A stretch of 64,000 nt of DNA from a virus (taxonomy: Duplodnaviria > Heunggongvirae > Uroviricota > Caudoviricetes): IMG/VR virus record IMGVR_UViG_3300013232_000486; one strand, 5' to 3'. Under the pieces are notes generated by a model. It was not told the origin of the DNA. It saw only the letters and a list, made by a program, of their open reading frames with translations, and did no database searches. Shown piece by piece: positions 1-9,694 of the stretch (position 1 is its first letter; each line of letters begins with the position of its first letter). The translations under genes and the position numbers were made by a program.

Positions 1-716
1 ATCACCCCTCGCTTCTCACCCGAGAGGAACTTGAGTCTGTCATCAATGATGTCACGCCAATGGCAAGACATGGCATAGGCAAAAACATTGTAATCGCTTC
101 TGCTGACCGACCCGCCCTTGTTGATGACATTGGTTACCGTCTGGGCCATTGACGGCTGGCCGCATGCGATGAACATTCTTCCCCAGAAATCCCAGTCTTC
201 CATCCTCAACAAGGTCTCGTCCCATCCGCCGATCTTCGACCATGCGCTGGTACTGTGTATGAACGAGGATATGGGCGCTATGTTCTGTTTAAGTAGGGCA
301 GTGGCGTCGTAGTAATTCTTTACGCCCTTGTTTCCTGGTTCTGGATCGATTGTCTCGCTTCCATCGGCATACTTGTATAGGGCCAGCGAGAACCCAAACT
401 CATGTCCCTTGTCAATCAGTCCAGACTGGACTTTGACGTACTCGGGAAGAAGCTCGTCGTCGTCGTCAAGGTAGCAGATCTTGTCTGCCATCGGGGAGCA
501 ATTCAATATTCCCAAGTTTCTGGCCTTGGCTGGGCCAGAATAAGGACGAGGAGTCTTAATGACGAGGACTGACGAGTCTACCCTTGGAGGGATTACCCCG
601 TCGTCAACGACGACGACCTCGGCCTTGACGGTCTGGTTCAACGCAGAATTAACGGCCCGAACCAGCGTTTCTGGGCGGTCACACGTCGGGATGATGATGG
701 CTACGCCGCTTCCCAT
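1..716 (-). CDS. Glycosyltransferase family 2 (GT-A), truncated by the window edge
   Basis: Not in the ORF track because it runs off position 1. Manual translation from ATG 716 gives MGSGVAIIIPTCDRPETLVRAVNSALNQT..VVVVDDG..ARNLG..ICYLDDDDE..GGWDETLLRMEDWDFW, the classic GT2 motifs. Confidence 0.88.
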   Translation of the reverse strand, partial: MGSGVAIIIPTCDRPETLVRAVNSALNQTVKAEVVVVDDGVIPPRVDSSVLVIKTPRPYSGPAKARNLGILNCSPMADKICYLDDDDELLPEYVKVQSGLIDKGHEFGFSLALYKYADGSETIDPEPGNKGVKNYYDATALLKQNIAPISSFIHSTSAWSKIGGWDETLLRMEDWDFWGRMFIACGQPSMAQTVTNVINKGGSVSRSDYNVFAYAMSCHWRDIIDDRLKFLSGEKRGV

Positions 717-838
717 GCACCGAAATCATAAACGCAAAACGGTGCTCGTCAAGCTACTTTTGACAACTTATTCGAAAACTTGTCCCGTCACACGGCCAAT
801 ACAGAATAACGAGATTGTAACAAGGCTAGTATGTAATT

Positions 839-2077
839 CTAAAAGTAGGTTATTACAACTACAACTCCATCTGCCCCATCTCCACCCTTACCGCCAACGG
901 TCGTTCCAGCGCCACCTCCACCTCCACCCGCACCATAATTTCCACCATCACCACCAGCGCCGCCTGTACCTCCAGCGTTTCCTCCACCTCCGCCGCCGCC
1001 GTCCCCGCCATACGTAAGGGGATCATTTGAATCACCAAGACCGCCTGCTGTACCTCCAGCAGAACCTAGAGTACCTCCACCATACGGACTGAACACACCT
1101 GCGCCACCTCCTGCATGCCCATATTTGTCGACGTTGGCACTTGTAATGTGTCCACCACCACCTCCCCCGCCACTGCCATATACGGACCCACCGCCAGCTA
1201 AACCATTTGACGTACTACCAGCGGAACGTGTCCCTCCGCCACCACCTCCACCATATTCCCCTGGTTGTCCATTAAGTGAATCGGCACCGCCGCCGCCACA
1301 TGGTCCAAAACCAGGTGTTCCTGCGGAAAGACCAAGGTCAGTAGCGGTTGCGCATCCACCAAATGTCGATGATCCAGCCCCATCACCGCCGTTTACAGAT
1401 CCACTCCCAGTGAGCGCTGCTCCCCCACCGCCACCGCCCGCCGATGCCGCAGCGTTGAATCCCGCGCCACCGCCTCCAGCGATCAGAAACGTATTATCCC
1501 TGAAATATGAAAGCCCTCCAGCAGTACCAACAGATCCCGCTCCCGCCGAACCACCAGCGCCTCCATCTCCTCCAGGACCAACAACGATGCTCTCGGTATC
1601 ACTCAAGGATGTTGCAGTTATTGTATGTATGGAGCAGCCTCCTCCACCTCCGCCCGTCCCGCCCGTCCTATTTGTTCCAGCGGATCCGCCTTGGCCACCA
1701 GCGCCTCCTCCGCCTCCCCCTCTGACAATAACCGTGACTGTTTTCGCACCGACTGGCTTTGTCCAAGTACCGTCAGATGTAAAAACCTGGATATCAGTAA
1801 CTTTACCACTACCGCTGAACCCGCTCGTTCCACTATCACCTTGTAGTCCAATCCCAGACCACCCTGACAACCCAGACCATCCAGAAAATCCAGACGACCC
1901 GCTCTCTCCACTCCATCCACTATAAGTACCAGAGAATCCGCTAGTACCGCTAGTACCGCTGGTTCCACTAGTTCCAGAATAGCCACTTGTACCAGACAGA
2001 CCAGAGTACCCAGACCCAGCAGGGCCAGCGCCTCCAAGATTAAATGCTTCAGCCATTGCAGCTAACCTTTCTACCAA
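839..2077 (-). CDS. Gly-rich phage tail fibre / virion protein with an N-terminal (Gly-X-Ser)n repeat
   Basis: SGTSG repeats, then IQVFTSDGTWTKP..V.VIVRGGGGGG....GADGVVVVITY, typical of phage glycine-rich fibre domains. Confidence 0.7.
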   Translation of the reverse strand: MVERLAAMAEAFNLGGAGPAGSGYSGLSGTSGYSGTSGTSGTSGTSGFSGTYSGWSGESGSSGFSGWSGLSGWSGIGLQGDSGTSGFSGSGKVTDIQVFTSDGTWTKPVGAKTVTVIVRGGGGGGAGGQGGSAGTNRTGGTGGGGGGCSIHTITATSLSDTESIVVGPGGDGGAGGSAGAGSVGTAGGLSYFRDNTFLIAGGGGAGFNAAASAGGGGGGAALTGSGSVNGGDGAGSSTFGGCATATDLGLSAGTPGFGPCGGGGADSLNGQPGEYGGGGGGGTRSAGSTSNGLAGGGSVYGSGGGGGGGHITSANVDKYGHAGGGAGVFSPYGGGTLGSAGGTAGGLGDSNDPLTYGGDGGGGGGGNAGGTGGAGGDGGNYGAGGGGGGAGTTVGGKGGDGADGVVVVITYF

Positions 2078-3234
2078 GCTCCAATTGAATTACGTCCTAC
2101 GGTGTTGTCCGTCCTTCCAGTCCATTGAACCCCAGAACCGTCTGGGTCATTTGCCGTATTACCAACGGTTGGCCACGTTGGCTCACTGGATCCCGAAGTC
2201 CCAGCCCTAGTACACTCAAATTTGACTCCCGCTGGAAGCCTGCGAGACACGAACGTTCCAAGAGCATAGTAGGTGTTGGGAAGCCAAGGCGGATTGTACG
2301 TTCCGTACGTGTCTCGGGTCGAATACCCCGTCATGTAGGTAGTATGACCTCCTGATATCCACGAGGCATCGTCCGACCTCCAAGCCGTCCCTACACTAGT
2401 CCCCGAGGTTCCGCAATACTGAGTTAAGACAAACGAAGATCTTCGGGCATGAACAGCATACCTAGTGTTCGAAAAATATGTGTAATACCCTTGGCCAAAC
2501 GAGTTGTCGACCGAAAACCCAGCCCCATAATTAGTGCTTGATCCGACTATGTAACTATTCCCCACATACACGAGACGACAATTTGTTCCCCTCACGCCAT
2601 ACCCGTCCGCCGCTGCCGAAGCAATGATTATTTTTATCTTTGTCACAACGCCAACAGAACAGTCCTCAAACAACACTCCTTCTGGTCCGCTGAAGTTCAG
2701 GATGACGGCTTGATTAGTTTGCAACACACCAGAGGAGGCAAATGTGTTTCCTTGTAGGTTAACGGCTCCAAAATTCCTACGTCCACGTATCCTTAGCGGA
2801 CCAGTCCAGTTGTACGTTCCGTCAGCAAACCAAATATTTAATATCTGTACGGGGCTTCTTTTCGTGAGTAAGTCGATCTTGTACTGAACATCTTCCATGG
2901 ACATGGAGGAGTTCACGCTTATGTTTTTATAAAATGCATAATTGTAAGCCCTGCCTGCTGTGTCGGCAGTAGTTCCCTCATCGCTTCCTGGACAGGCATA
3001 CGAGATTGTGGTCAGTGTCACACCAGTAATTAGAACCCAAGCGTTGTATCCAGTTCCGCCAACCGAGCCAATGGAGACATAATCGCCAACCCTCATCCCG
3101 TGAGAAGAGAACGTCAGAGTCGCGACTCCCGCAGACCTTGCTCGATGAGTGGTCGAATACGTAGTGATGGGCGCAAAAAGCTTCCCAGAGGAGGCTCTAG
3201 ACAGCATCATGTTGTTGGAGGTACGGTAAATCAT
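2071..3234 (-). CDS. Putative receptor-binding/tail protein, paralog 1 (beta-helix-like, with a C-terminal aromatic CBM-like module)
   Basis: Shares SSMS..I..L..F(A/S)DGTY..QGN..L(H/Q)TNQAVI with the next two ORFs; C-terminus PPWLPNTYYALG..FECTRAGTSGSSEPTWPT. Confidence 0.55.
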   Translation of the reverse strand: MIYRTSNNMMLSRASSGKLFAPITTYSTTHRARSAGVATLTFSSHGMRVGDYVSIGSVGGTGYNAWVLITGVTLTTISYACPGSDEGTTADTAGRAYNYAFYKNISVNSSMSMEDVQYKIDLLTKRSPVQILNIWFADGTYNWTGPLRIRGRRNFGAVNLQGNTFASSGVLQTNQAVILNFSGPEGVLFEDCSVGVVTKIKIIIASAAADGYGVRGTNCRLVYVGNSYIVGSSTNYGAGFSVDNSFGQGYYTYFSNTRYAVHARRSSFVLTQYCGTSGTSVGTAWRSDDASWISGGHTTYMTGYSTRDTYGTYNPPWLPNTYYALGTFVSRRLPAGVKFECTRAGTSGSSEPTWPTVGNTANDPDGSGVQWTGRTDNTVGRNSIGAW

Positions 3235-3944
3235 GAACCCCCCTGCTGATACGCTGACCCAGCATTCGACCCAGGCTGTGTTCCTGTGGGAGGGGTAAAA
3301 GTAGCCCCAATAGAAATAATGGTATATTGGTTGTTTACAGTTGACGAGTTATTTTGGGTGGCCAAATAGCCGTCTGTGAAGTTAAGCAAGGCGCAATATG
3401 AATTATCAATGTACGTCTGGTTAATGAATAATTTAGAACGAAAGTTGTAAACCATGTACCCTGCGCCGCCAACACTGTTTCCTTTCATATAGGAATTATA
3501 TACCCGTACGGCATCACAGTCATAACAATATAAACCAGTCTGACCACCAGACGTACTGACATCAACCCTTAGGTAGCCCACATTGACGATACATCCTATG
3601 CCATATAAACGCAGTCCGTATTTCACTGCCGCCACGGTACTCAAGATGACGGCTTGGTTAGTGTGAAGCCCGTTGGTTTCCCCAGTGTTTCCTTGTATGT
3701 TAATGCTTCCTCCTCCCCAGAAATTGGCGAAGTACAAGGAGTCTCCCAGCGTATATGTACCATCGGCAAATTGAACCGTAAGGACTTTCCCTGGTGGTAT
3801 GAATCTCGGAAGCAGTTCGATTTTCGCGTTTATGACATCATACGACATGCTGCTGTTCAGGTTCAATGTCATGGACGAACGGAGGCCGTCATCGACGTCT
3901 CCCCTGTTCGAAAAGAATTGGACCCTCTTCCAGCTCATGTCCAA
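3231..3944 (-). CDS. Putative receptor-binding/tail protein, paralog 2
   Basis: SSMSYDVINAKIELLPR..QFADGTY..IQGN..LHTNQAVI, followed by beta-helix-like repeats; 4-nt overlap with paralog 1. Confidence 0.55.
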   Translation of the reverse strand: MDMSWKRVQFFSNRGDVDDGLRSSMTLNLNSSMSYDVINAKIELLPRFIPPGKVLTVQFADGTYTLGDSLYFANFWGGGSINIQGNTGETNGLHTNQAVILSTVAAVKYGLRLYGIGCIVNVGYLRVDVSTSGGQTGLYCYDCDAVRVYNSYMKGNSVGGAGYMVYNFRSKLFINQTYIDNSYCALLNFTDGYLATQNNSSTVNNQYTIISIGATFTPPTGTQPGSNAGSAYQQGGS

Positions 3945-4642
3945 ATCCTCCCCCCGTTAACCGAAGTAGCAACCGACGTCACACACGATGGCGTTGTCCC
4001 ATAGTATCCGATTGATGCGTGATCGGCGAGGTATCCATACGTTGGCCTATCCCCCGCGCTAATGTCGTCATTGTCCCATACTAGGTTATTCGAGCAGGCA
4101 TACCCTAAAAAAAATTGCTGCAAAGCTCCGCCATAGTTGTTATAGAATCTCACGTTGCTGTAGTATGTGAGTACTCCGCGACAGGACTGGTTTTCAGAAT
4201 CAAAACAACATCCATGTATGGTGACGTCATAATCATTGACCGCTCCCAAGGAATGATAGTACAATAATGTCGCCGCCGATCTGTTAAACCTCATGTTTTT
4301 GACAATTACAGGGCAAGAACAGCTGGCAACATTCAAGCAAACCGTGGCATGATTCACGCCGAGCGTGAATATAACCGCTTGGTTCGTATGCAAACCGCTT
4401 TCGGAAGGATTGCCTTGGATAGTCAATGTCCCCGTTCCACAAAAACCGCCGAAGGTCCATATCTTCCCGTTATCGGGAACGTACGTCCCGTCCGAGAATT
4501 GGATGGTCAGGTTTGCATTTAGATAGCGAGGCAGATGGTCTATATGCGCTTGGATTTGGTCCATGGACATAGAACTCGTGAGCGTCAGCGTCATGTCTGA
4601 CCTCAGTTCTTCCTTCGCTTTTCTAAATCCAACGACTCCCAT
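3935..4642 (-). CDS. Putative receptor-binding/tail protein, paralog 3
   Basis: SSMSMDQIQAHIDHLPR..QFSDGTY..IQGN..LHTNQAVI. Confidence 0.55.
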   Translation of the reverse strand: MGVVGFRKAKEELRSDMTLTLTSSMSMDQIQAHIDHLPRYLNANLTIQFSDGTYVPDNGKIWTFGGFCGTGTLTIQGNPSESGLHTNQAVIFTLGVNHATVCLNVASCSCPVIVKNMRFNRSAATLLYYHSLGAVNDYDVTIHGCCFDSENQSCRGVLTYYSNVRFYNNYGGALQQFFLGYACSNNLVWDNDDISAGDRPTYGYLADHASIGYYGTTPSCVTSVATSVNGGRIWT

Positions 4643-4643
4643 G

Positions 4644-5291
4644 TTACGTGGGCCGCTCCTCTCCCATTAAATTGAATGCCAAGTTAGTCGTACTAGCATA
4701 GACTCGGACTATGTCGGCTGCTCCCAGCGTAAGCCCCATCATCGCGGTCATTGTCTCATACCCACTGATGGTTGTGTCGTAAAACAAGTAATCTTTGTTG
4801 GCCGTAGCCCCTCCACCAACGGAAACACTAACACGAAATGAAGCCGAAGCGGCGTTAGTATTGCATACAAACAGAGAACTGCTTACCGCAAATTTGCTGG
4901 CAGGGACGGTATACAACGTTGTCTCTGTCGTCGCAGACGGGGAGGATTGCCCAAGAACCTTCGTGTATGTCTCAGCCACTTCCTCACCCATGAGCGAGAA
5001 TGAGGCATTCGCCGTGTCGATATAAACCCTGACTATGTCGCTCGAAGAAAGCGTCAGCCCCGACAACAAGCTCAGCGACTCGTTTCCAGGAAGGAGCGAA
5101 TCATAAATCAAATAGTCCTTCGTAACCGTGGCTCCTCCTCCCACAGAAACCGAGACCCTGTAGAACACAGCCACGTTGGACCGATTACATACAATAAGAT
5201 TTCCGCTGACAGCGCTAGTTCCGCTAGCCGTATATAGCGCCGTTTCTGTCGTCGCATTTGGGGCTGCTTGCCCGAGTACCTTGATCGCCAT
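4644..5291 (-). CDS. Virion structural protein made of two tandem ~100-aa beta-sandwich-like repeats
   Basis: KVLGQ..P.ATTET.LYT...VCN...RVSVSVGGGAT..KDYL.YD...GLTL...DIVRVY...F.LMGEE occurs twice. Confidence 0.65.
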   Translation of the reverse strand: MAIKVLGQAAPNATTETALYTASGTSAVSGNLIVCNRSNVAVFYRVSVSVGGGATVTKDYLIYDSLLPGNESLSLLSGLTLSSSDIVRVYIDTANASFSLMGEEVAETYTKVLGQSSPSATTETTLYTVPASKFAVSSSLFVCNTNAASASFRVSVSVGGGATANKDYLFYDTTISGYETMTAMMGLTLGAADIVRVYASTTNLAFNLMGEERPT

Positions 5292-5301
5292 GATTCATCC
5301 T

Positions 5302-7995
5302 TTAGCCATTCATAAACATGAAAAATCTGTAGTACGGAATATTGTCCATTCCAAGTCCAGAGAAACCAGAGAACCCGCTAGGCCCAGATGACCCCATCCC
5401 CGAGAAGCCAGACGTAGCCGAGGCCCCTGACATTCCGCTCTCTCCGGATATACCACTATCGCCACTCCACCCACTGTAAGTACCAGAGAATCCGCTGGTA
5501 CCACTAATCCCACTTGATCCAGAGAAACCACTCGCGTTACCGTACAAGCCTCGCATCACTTGCACAACGGCACTGCTGGCGTCTATGCCAACAAGTACTG
5601 GTTTCGATACATAAGACCCATCTATTGCGTTCGGATCGCTTGGCGTCAAATCTCCAGCCGTAGGAGATAGATAGTAGTTTACGCCAGCCGAAAACCCAGA
5701 AAGACCAGCCAAGCCGTGCGTGACAACAACAAATGAGTTGGGCAGAGACTCCTCAACTACTCCAACAACCGATGAGTTTGCCGCTACGTCCGCTTCTGCT
5801 AACGCCCATGTCCCAGCAGTTGTCCTATATATGACTTGGTTTACCAAGAATCCATGACTTACTTGGCTAACAGTAAATCTAGTGGCTCCGCCAGGACCCG
5901 AGAATCCACTGAACCCAGACGGGCCAGATGGACCAGAGAAACCTTCGCCAGAGAAGCCCGAAGCTCCACTTGGGCCAGACGGACCAGAGAAACCAAGACC
6001 AGAAAATCCAGACGCTCCACTGATACCAGAGTTAGAAGAGTAACCACTCAGACCAGAGTATCCACTTGTACCACTTAATCCAGAGTATCCGCTTGTTCCG
6101 CTAAAGGCTGAATAACCACTTGTACCAGAGAAAGCACTGTATCCTGACGTTCCACTGTATCCACTAAAAGCTGAATATCCACTAACTCCTGACGATCCAC
6201 TGTAGCCAGAATATCCAGACGATCCACTAGTTCCACTATTACCACTAAATGCAGAATAGCCACTAGTACCAGACGTTCCAGAGAATGCACTATATCCTGA
6301 TGTACCACTACTGCCACTAAAAGCTGAATATCCACTCGTACCTGATGTACCAGAATCAGAAGAGTATCCACTCGAACCAGAATGACCACTACTTCCACTG
6401 TGTCCAGACGTTCCACTGTCTCCACTGTATCCACTAAATCCAAAAGCACCTTGTACACCACTAAATCCAGATGATCCGCTAGTACCACTAAAACTACTAT
6501 ATCCAGATACTCCACTGGTTCCAGATGAACCGCTTAGTCCTGAATCTGCCGAATAACCACTCAAACCACTCAAACCACTATATCCGCTTATTCCACTATA
6601 ACCACTTGATCCGCTAAATCCACTGAAGCCACTTTGACTACTGTATCCCGAGGCACCACTCGTTCCAGATGAACCACTAGTACCAGAGTATCCAATTTCA
6701 CCACTGTATCCACTAACGCCACTAAATGCAGAATATCCAGATGTACCTGATGTACCAGAAAGAGATGAGTATCCACTCAGTCCACTATATCCTGAAGTAC
6801 CAGAATATGAGACTTCTCCTGGCGCTCCTGAAAAACCACTCGTTCCAGATGGACCAGAAGGACCACTAAATCCCTCTCCACTAAACCCAGAAAACCCACT
6901 CTGACCGCTCATTCCACTAAACGCGCCAGAGAAACCGCTTGCTCCAGAATCGCCGCTAGTACCAGACTGCCCACTCCATCCACTTGCTCCAAACCCAGAA
7001 AAACCACTCAGTCCAGAGAAGGCTGAGTATCCACTAGTACCAGACGAACCACTATGTCCAGATGCTCCTGAGTCACTTGAGAAACCAGAGTATCCGCTAG
7101 TCCCAGAAAAGGAACTATATCCAGACGTACCTGATGTACCTGATTCTCCAGACAGGCCGCTCGTTCCACTTTGACCAGAAACACCGACAAGACCAAATCC
7201 TATCCAGCAGTCTTTGTTGTTGCGCAACGGACTTCCCGAGTCCGACTCATATGAGATCGCTGGGAATTTTACATAGCCTCCAGCCCCACCAGATAAAATT
7301 GGAGCAAGACTTACAACAAAAATAAGCCACCTAGTCACATCATCCTTTTCTTGGAAATAGATTCTCGACCCAACACTAATATTGAGAAGAAACGCTGAGA
7401 CATCAACCCCCGCCTTGTTGTACACATCGACAAATGCCTGCGAAGAAGAAGGCTGGACTATATTATCAAGCCTAAAATAGCCAGCTCCTGGGTCGGAATC
7501 TGACGTCGAGGAGTCGAATACATATATGAACGACATAATCGCTGAACCTGGAGCTCCAGATGTTCCGCTAAATCCTGACGTTCCAGACCAAGCGCTATAG
7601 CCAGACAGACCACTATCACCACTATCACCACTATAACCGCTTATACCACTTTGTCCTTGAACACCACTGAATCCAGAGTCACCAGTTAGACCAAGACCAC
7701 TAAATCCTGATGTACCACTTTCTCCGCTAGCTCCACTATACGTACCTGAAAATCCACTTGTTCCGCTGTACCCAGAAATGCCTGATGGACCTGACGGGCC
7801 AGACGGGCCAGAGTACCCCTCGCCTGAGAATCCGCTGAAACCTGACGGGCCAGAGGGACCAGAAGGACCAGAATAACCTTCGCCAGAGAACCCGCTAAAC
7901 CCAGAAGGTCCAGACGGGCCAGAAAAACCCTCACCCGAGAACCCAGACGTCCCGGAGATCCCGAACCAATATTTCCTGCTTAGAACGTTGCTCAT
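5302..7995 (-). CDS. Long collagen-like fibre protein, (Gly-X-Ser)n, with two inserted globular domains
   Basis: Gly at every third residue over long stretches (GTSGYSGFS...), interrupted by non-repeat domains FIYVFDSSTSDSDPGAGYFRLDN and HGFLVNQVIY..WALAEAD..VVGVV. Confidence 0.75.
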   Translation of the reverse strand: MSNVLSRKYWFGISGTSGFSGEGFSGPSGPSGFSGFSGEGYSGPSGPSGPSGFSGFSGEGYSGPSGPSGPSGISGYSGTSGFSGTYSGASGESGTSGFSGLGLTGDSGFSGVQGQSGISGYSGDSGDSGLSGYSAWSGTSGFSGTSGAPGSAIMSFIYVFDSSTSDSDPGAGYFRLDNIVQPSSSQAFVDVYNKAGVDVSAFLLNISVGSRIYFQEKDDVTRWLIFVVSLAPILSGGAGGYVKFPAISYESDSGSPLRNNKDCWIGFGLVGVSGQSGTSGLSGESGTSGTSGYSSFSGTSGYSGFSSDSGASGHSGSSGTSGYSAFSGLSGFSGFGASGWSGQSGTSGDSGASGFSGAFSGMSGQSGFSGFSGEGFSGPSGPSGTSGFSGAPGEVSYSGTSGYSGLSGYSSLSGTSGTSGYSAFSGVSGYSGEIGYSGTSGSSGTSGASGYSSQSGFSGFSGSSGYSGISGYSGLSGLSGYSADSGLSGSSGTSGVSGYSSFSGTSGSSGFSGVQGAFGFSGYSGDSGTSGHSGSSGHSGSSGYSSDSGTSGTSGYSAFSGSSGTSGYSAFSGTSGTSGYSAFSGNSGTSGSSGYSGYSGSSGVSGYSAFSGYSGTSGYSAFSGTSGYSAFSGTSGYSGLSGTSGYSGLSGYSSNSGISGASGFSGLGFSGPSGPSGASGFSGEGFSGPSGPSGFSGFSGPGGATRFTVSQVSHGFLVNQVIYRTTAGTWALAEADVAANSSVVGVVEESLPNSFVVVTHGLAGLSGFSAGVNYYLSPTAGDLTPSDPNAIDGSYVSKPVLVGIDASSAVVQVMRGLYGNASGFSGSSGISGTSGFSGTYSGWSGDSGISGESGMSGASATSGFSGMGSSGPSGFSGFSGLGMDNIPYYRFFMFMNG

Positions 7996-8001
7996 TCTTC
8001 A

Positions 8002-9285
8002 TCACACGCGCCTGATCATGAGCGCGATCGTGGCCCTCGTTATTGTTGTGTTTGAGACAACATAGAAAGCGAGCACGTCGCCACTTGAGATGGTAGTCGT
8101 TGACCATCCACTGAAGTCTGTCGTGGATGAGTATCTCTGGTTCACAAGCTCGGGATAATTCGTTCCCGTGATCGTATTCCCTGGAAGTGGAACGTCTTGG
8201 TTTCTCTTCCAGATGTCAACCTCCATGGTTCCTTGCATGTCAGATACTAGCGTTACCTTTTCAATAACCCCGTCATAGTCAAGAACAAGGTTGCCTTTCT
8301 CTCCGGTCGAAACCGCCATCCCGCCACCGTCTATCATGAAGTTTTCAGTGTCGCCGGGGAGAGAGCCAGAGAAGCCCGAGAAGCCTGATGTTCCCGCTCC
8401 AGTTGGACCCTCTTGACCGCTAAATCCACTGGCTCCAGACTCGCCTTGTGATCCGCTATCCCCAGAGTATCCAGACGTACCAGACATACCTGAGAAGGCG
8501 CCAGAGAATCCAGACGTACCAGAGTCGCCACTTAAGCCGCTAGTCCCAGACAGACCACTATACCCAGATTCTCCAATGCCAGAGAATCCCGACATGCCAG
8601 AATCAGCGCTAAATCCGCTCGTTCCAGACTCACCAGACGTACCACTGTACCCAGACTCGCCAGAAAATGCACCGCTAAAACCAGACGCGCCAGAGTATCC
8701 GCTATAGCCACTCTCGCTACTGTATCCAGACAACCCACTGAAACCGCTAAAACCACTCTCACTACTGTATCCACTGTATCCACTAATACCAGATGGTCCA
8801 CTGTATCCAGAAAGGCCTAGGCCACTGTATCCAGACGTTCCAGACGGCCCTACTTGTCCAGAATACCCAGACCGACCTGACGGAGAACTATATCCAGACG
8901 CGCCACTGGTTCCGCTGTATCCCATCTGTCCGCTTGTACCAGATGAGCCACTTAGACCAGATAGGCCGACATTACCAGGCGAACCAGAGTACCCTGATTC
9001 TCCGCTGAAACCAGATATCCCGCTGTACGCACCAGAGAATCCGCTGTACCCGCTGGTCCCAGAGCTGCCAGACAGACCAGAGTAGCCAGACGTACCAATC
9101 CCGCTGAACCCGCTTATGCCACTATACCCAGACTCGCCCAAGACCGAAATGCCAGACGTCCCAGAACTTGCCAAGGCTCCCAAATCTATGACATATGACT
9201 TTGGAGTCGGGGGTGACTGCGCAGAGAAACACGGAGTCACTGGGATCGTTCCAGTAAGATAGTTATGTGTTCCTTGGACAGCCAC
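8002..9285 (-). CDS. Collagen-like (Gly-X-Ser)n fibre protein with a C-terminal globular domain
   Basis: SG-X repeats followed by FMIDGGG..STGEKG..I.KVTLVSD..G..EVDIWK..GDVLAFYV. Confidence 0.72.
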   Translation of the reverse strand: MAVQGTHNYLTGTIPVTPCFSAQSPPTPKSYVIDLGALASSGTSGISVLGESGYSGISGFSGIGTSGYSGLSGSSGTSGYSGFSGAYSGISGFSGESGYSGSPGNVGLSGLSGSSGTSGQMGYSGTSGASGYSSPSGRSGYSGQVGPSGTSGYSGLGLSGYSGPSGISGYSGYSSESGFSGFSGLSGYSSESGYSGYSGASGFSGAFSGESGYSGTSGESGTSGFSADSGMSGFSGIGESGYSGLSGTSGLSGDSGTSGFSGAFSGMSGTSGYSGDSGSQGESGASGFSGQEGPTGAGTSGFSGFSGSLPGDTENFMIDGGGMAVSTGEKGNLVLDYDGVIEKVTLVSDMQGTMEVDIWKRNQDVPLPGNTITGTNYPELVNQRYSSTTDFSGWSTTTISSGDVLAFYVVSNTTITRATIALMIRRV

Positions 9286-9400
9286 GGGATCTTCTCCGGG
9301 GAAAAAGGCCTCTCGGTCATTAACTTCTGTCTCAGAGGGCGCTCATCCTCTTGCAAGGGAAGACGAGTCCCCGCGTTGTAGGATGGAATAGGAGAATTCT

Positions 9401-9694
9401 ATGCGCAGACGCATCGTCTGGAGGTATGGGGACTCACCGCCAGTCTTCGGCAACCTCGTTGCGGCGGTAGAAGGAGATGGCGAACTCATCGTCTACACGG
9501 GGTTCCCGGTGTCGTCGGCTGAAGTGGCCTTCTCTAAGATCTACAACCGATACATGATCGACCAGTACGGTTACGAGTACCAGAACTACGCATTCGCCCC
9601 AGAAGTCTACGTCAGCGAGGTCCACGACGACGGGTTCACCCTCTGCTACAAGAACATCGTGGACTCATTAGACGTCAACTACTTTGTCATGTGA
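9401..9694 (+). CDS. Hypothetical protein
   Basis: 97-aa ORF with an AGGAG ribosome-binding site, divergent from the fibre module. Confidence 0.65.
   Translation: MRRRIVWRYGDSPPVFGNLVAAVEGDGELIVYTGFPVSSAEVAFSKIYNRYMIDQYGYEYQNYAFAPEVYVSEVHDDGFTLCYKNIVDSLDVNYFVM

Noticed and set aside
1125-1925. Pro-rich 266-aa + strand ORF and many short ORFs within 5.3-9.3 kb
   Set aside because: Antisense or alternate-frame shadows of the Gly/Ser-rich fibre genes; GGN codons read as Pro on the opposite strand.
2071-4642. Diversity-generating retroelement acting on the RBP paralogs
   Set aside because: No reverse transcriptase in the window and no near-identical TR/VR pair with adenine-specific differences was seen.
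5302-9285. Dense DNA repeats such as CCACTGTATCC/CCAGAGTATCC that could suggest a CRISPR or tandem array
   Set aside because: They are codon-level echoes of the SG-X protein repeat; there is no constant repeat with unique spacers and no cas genes.
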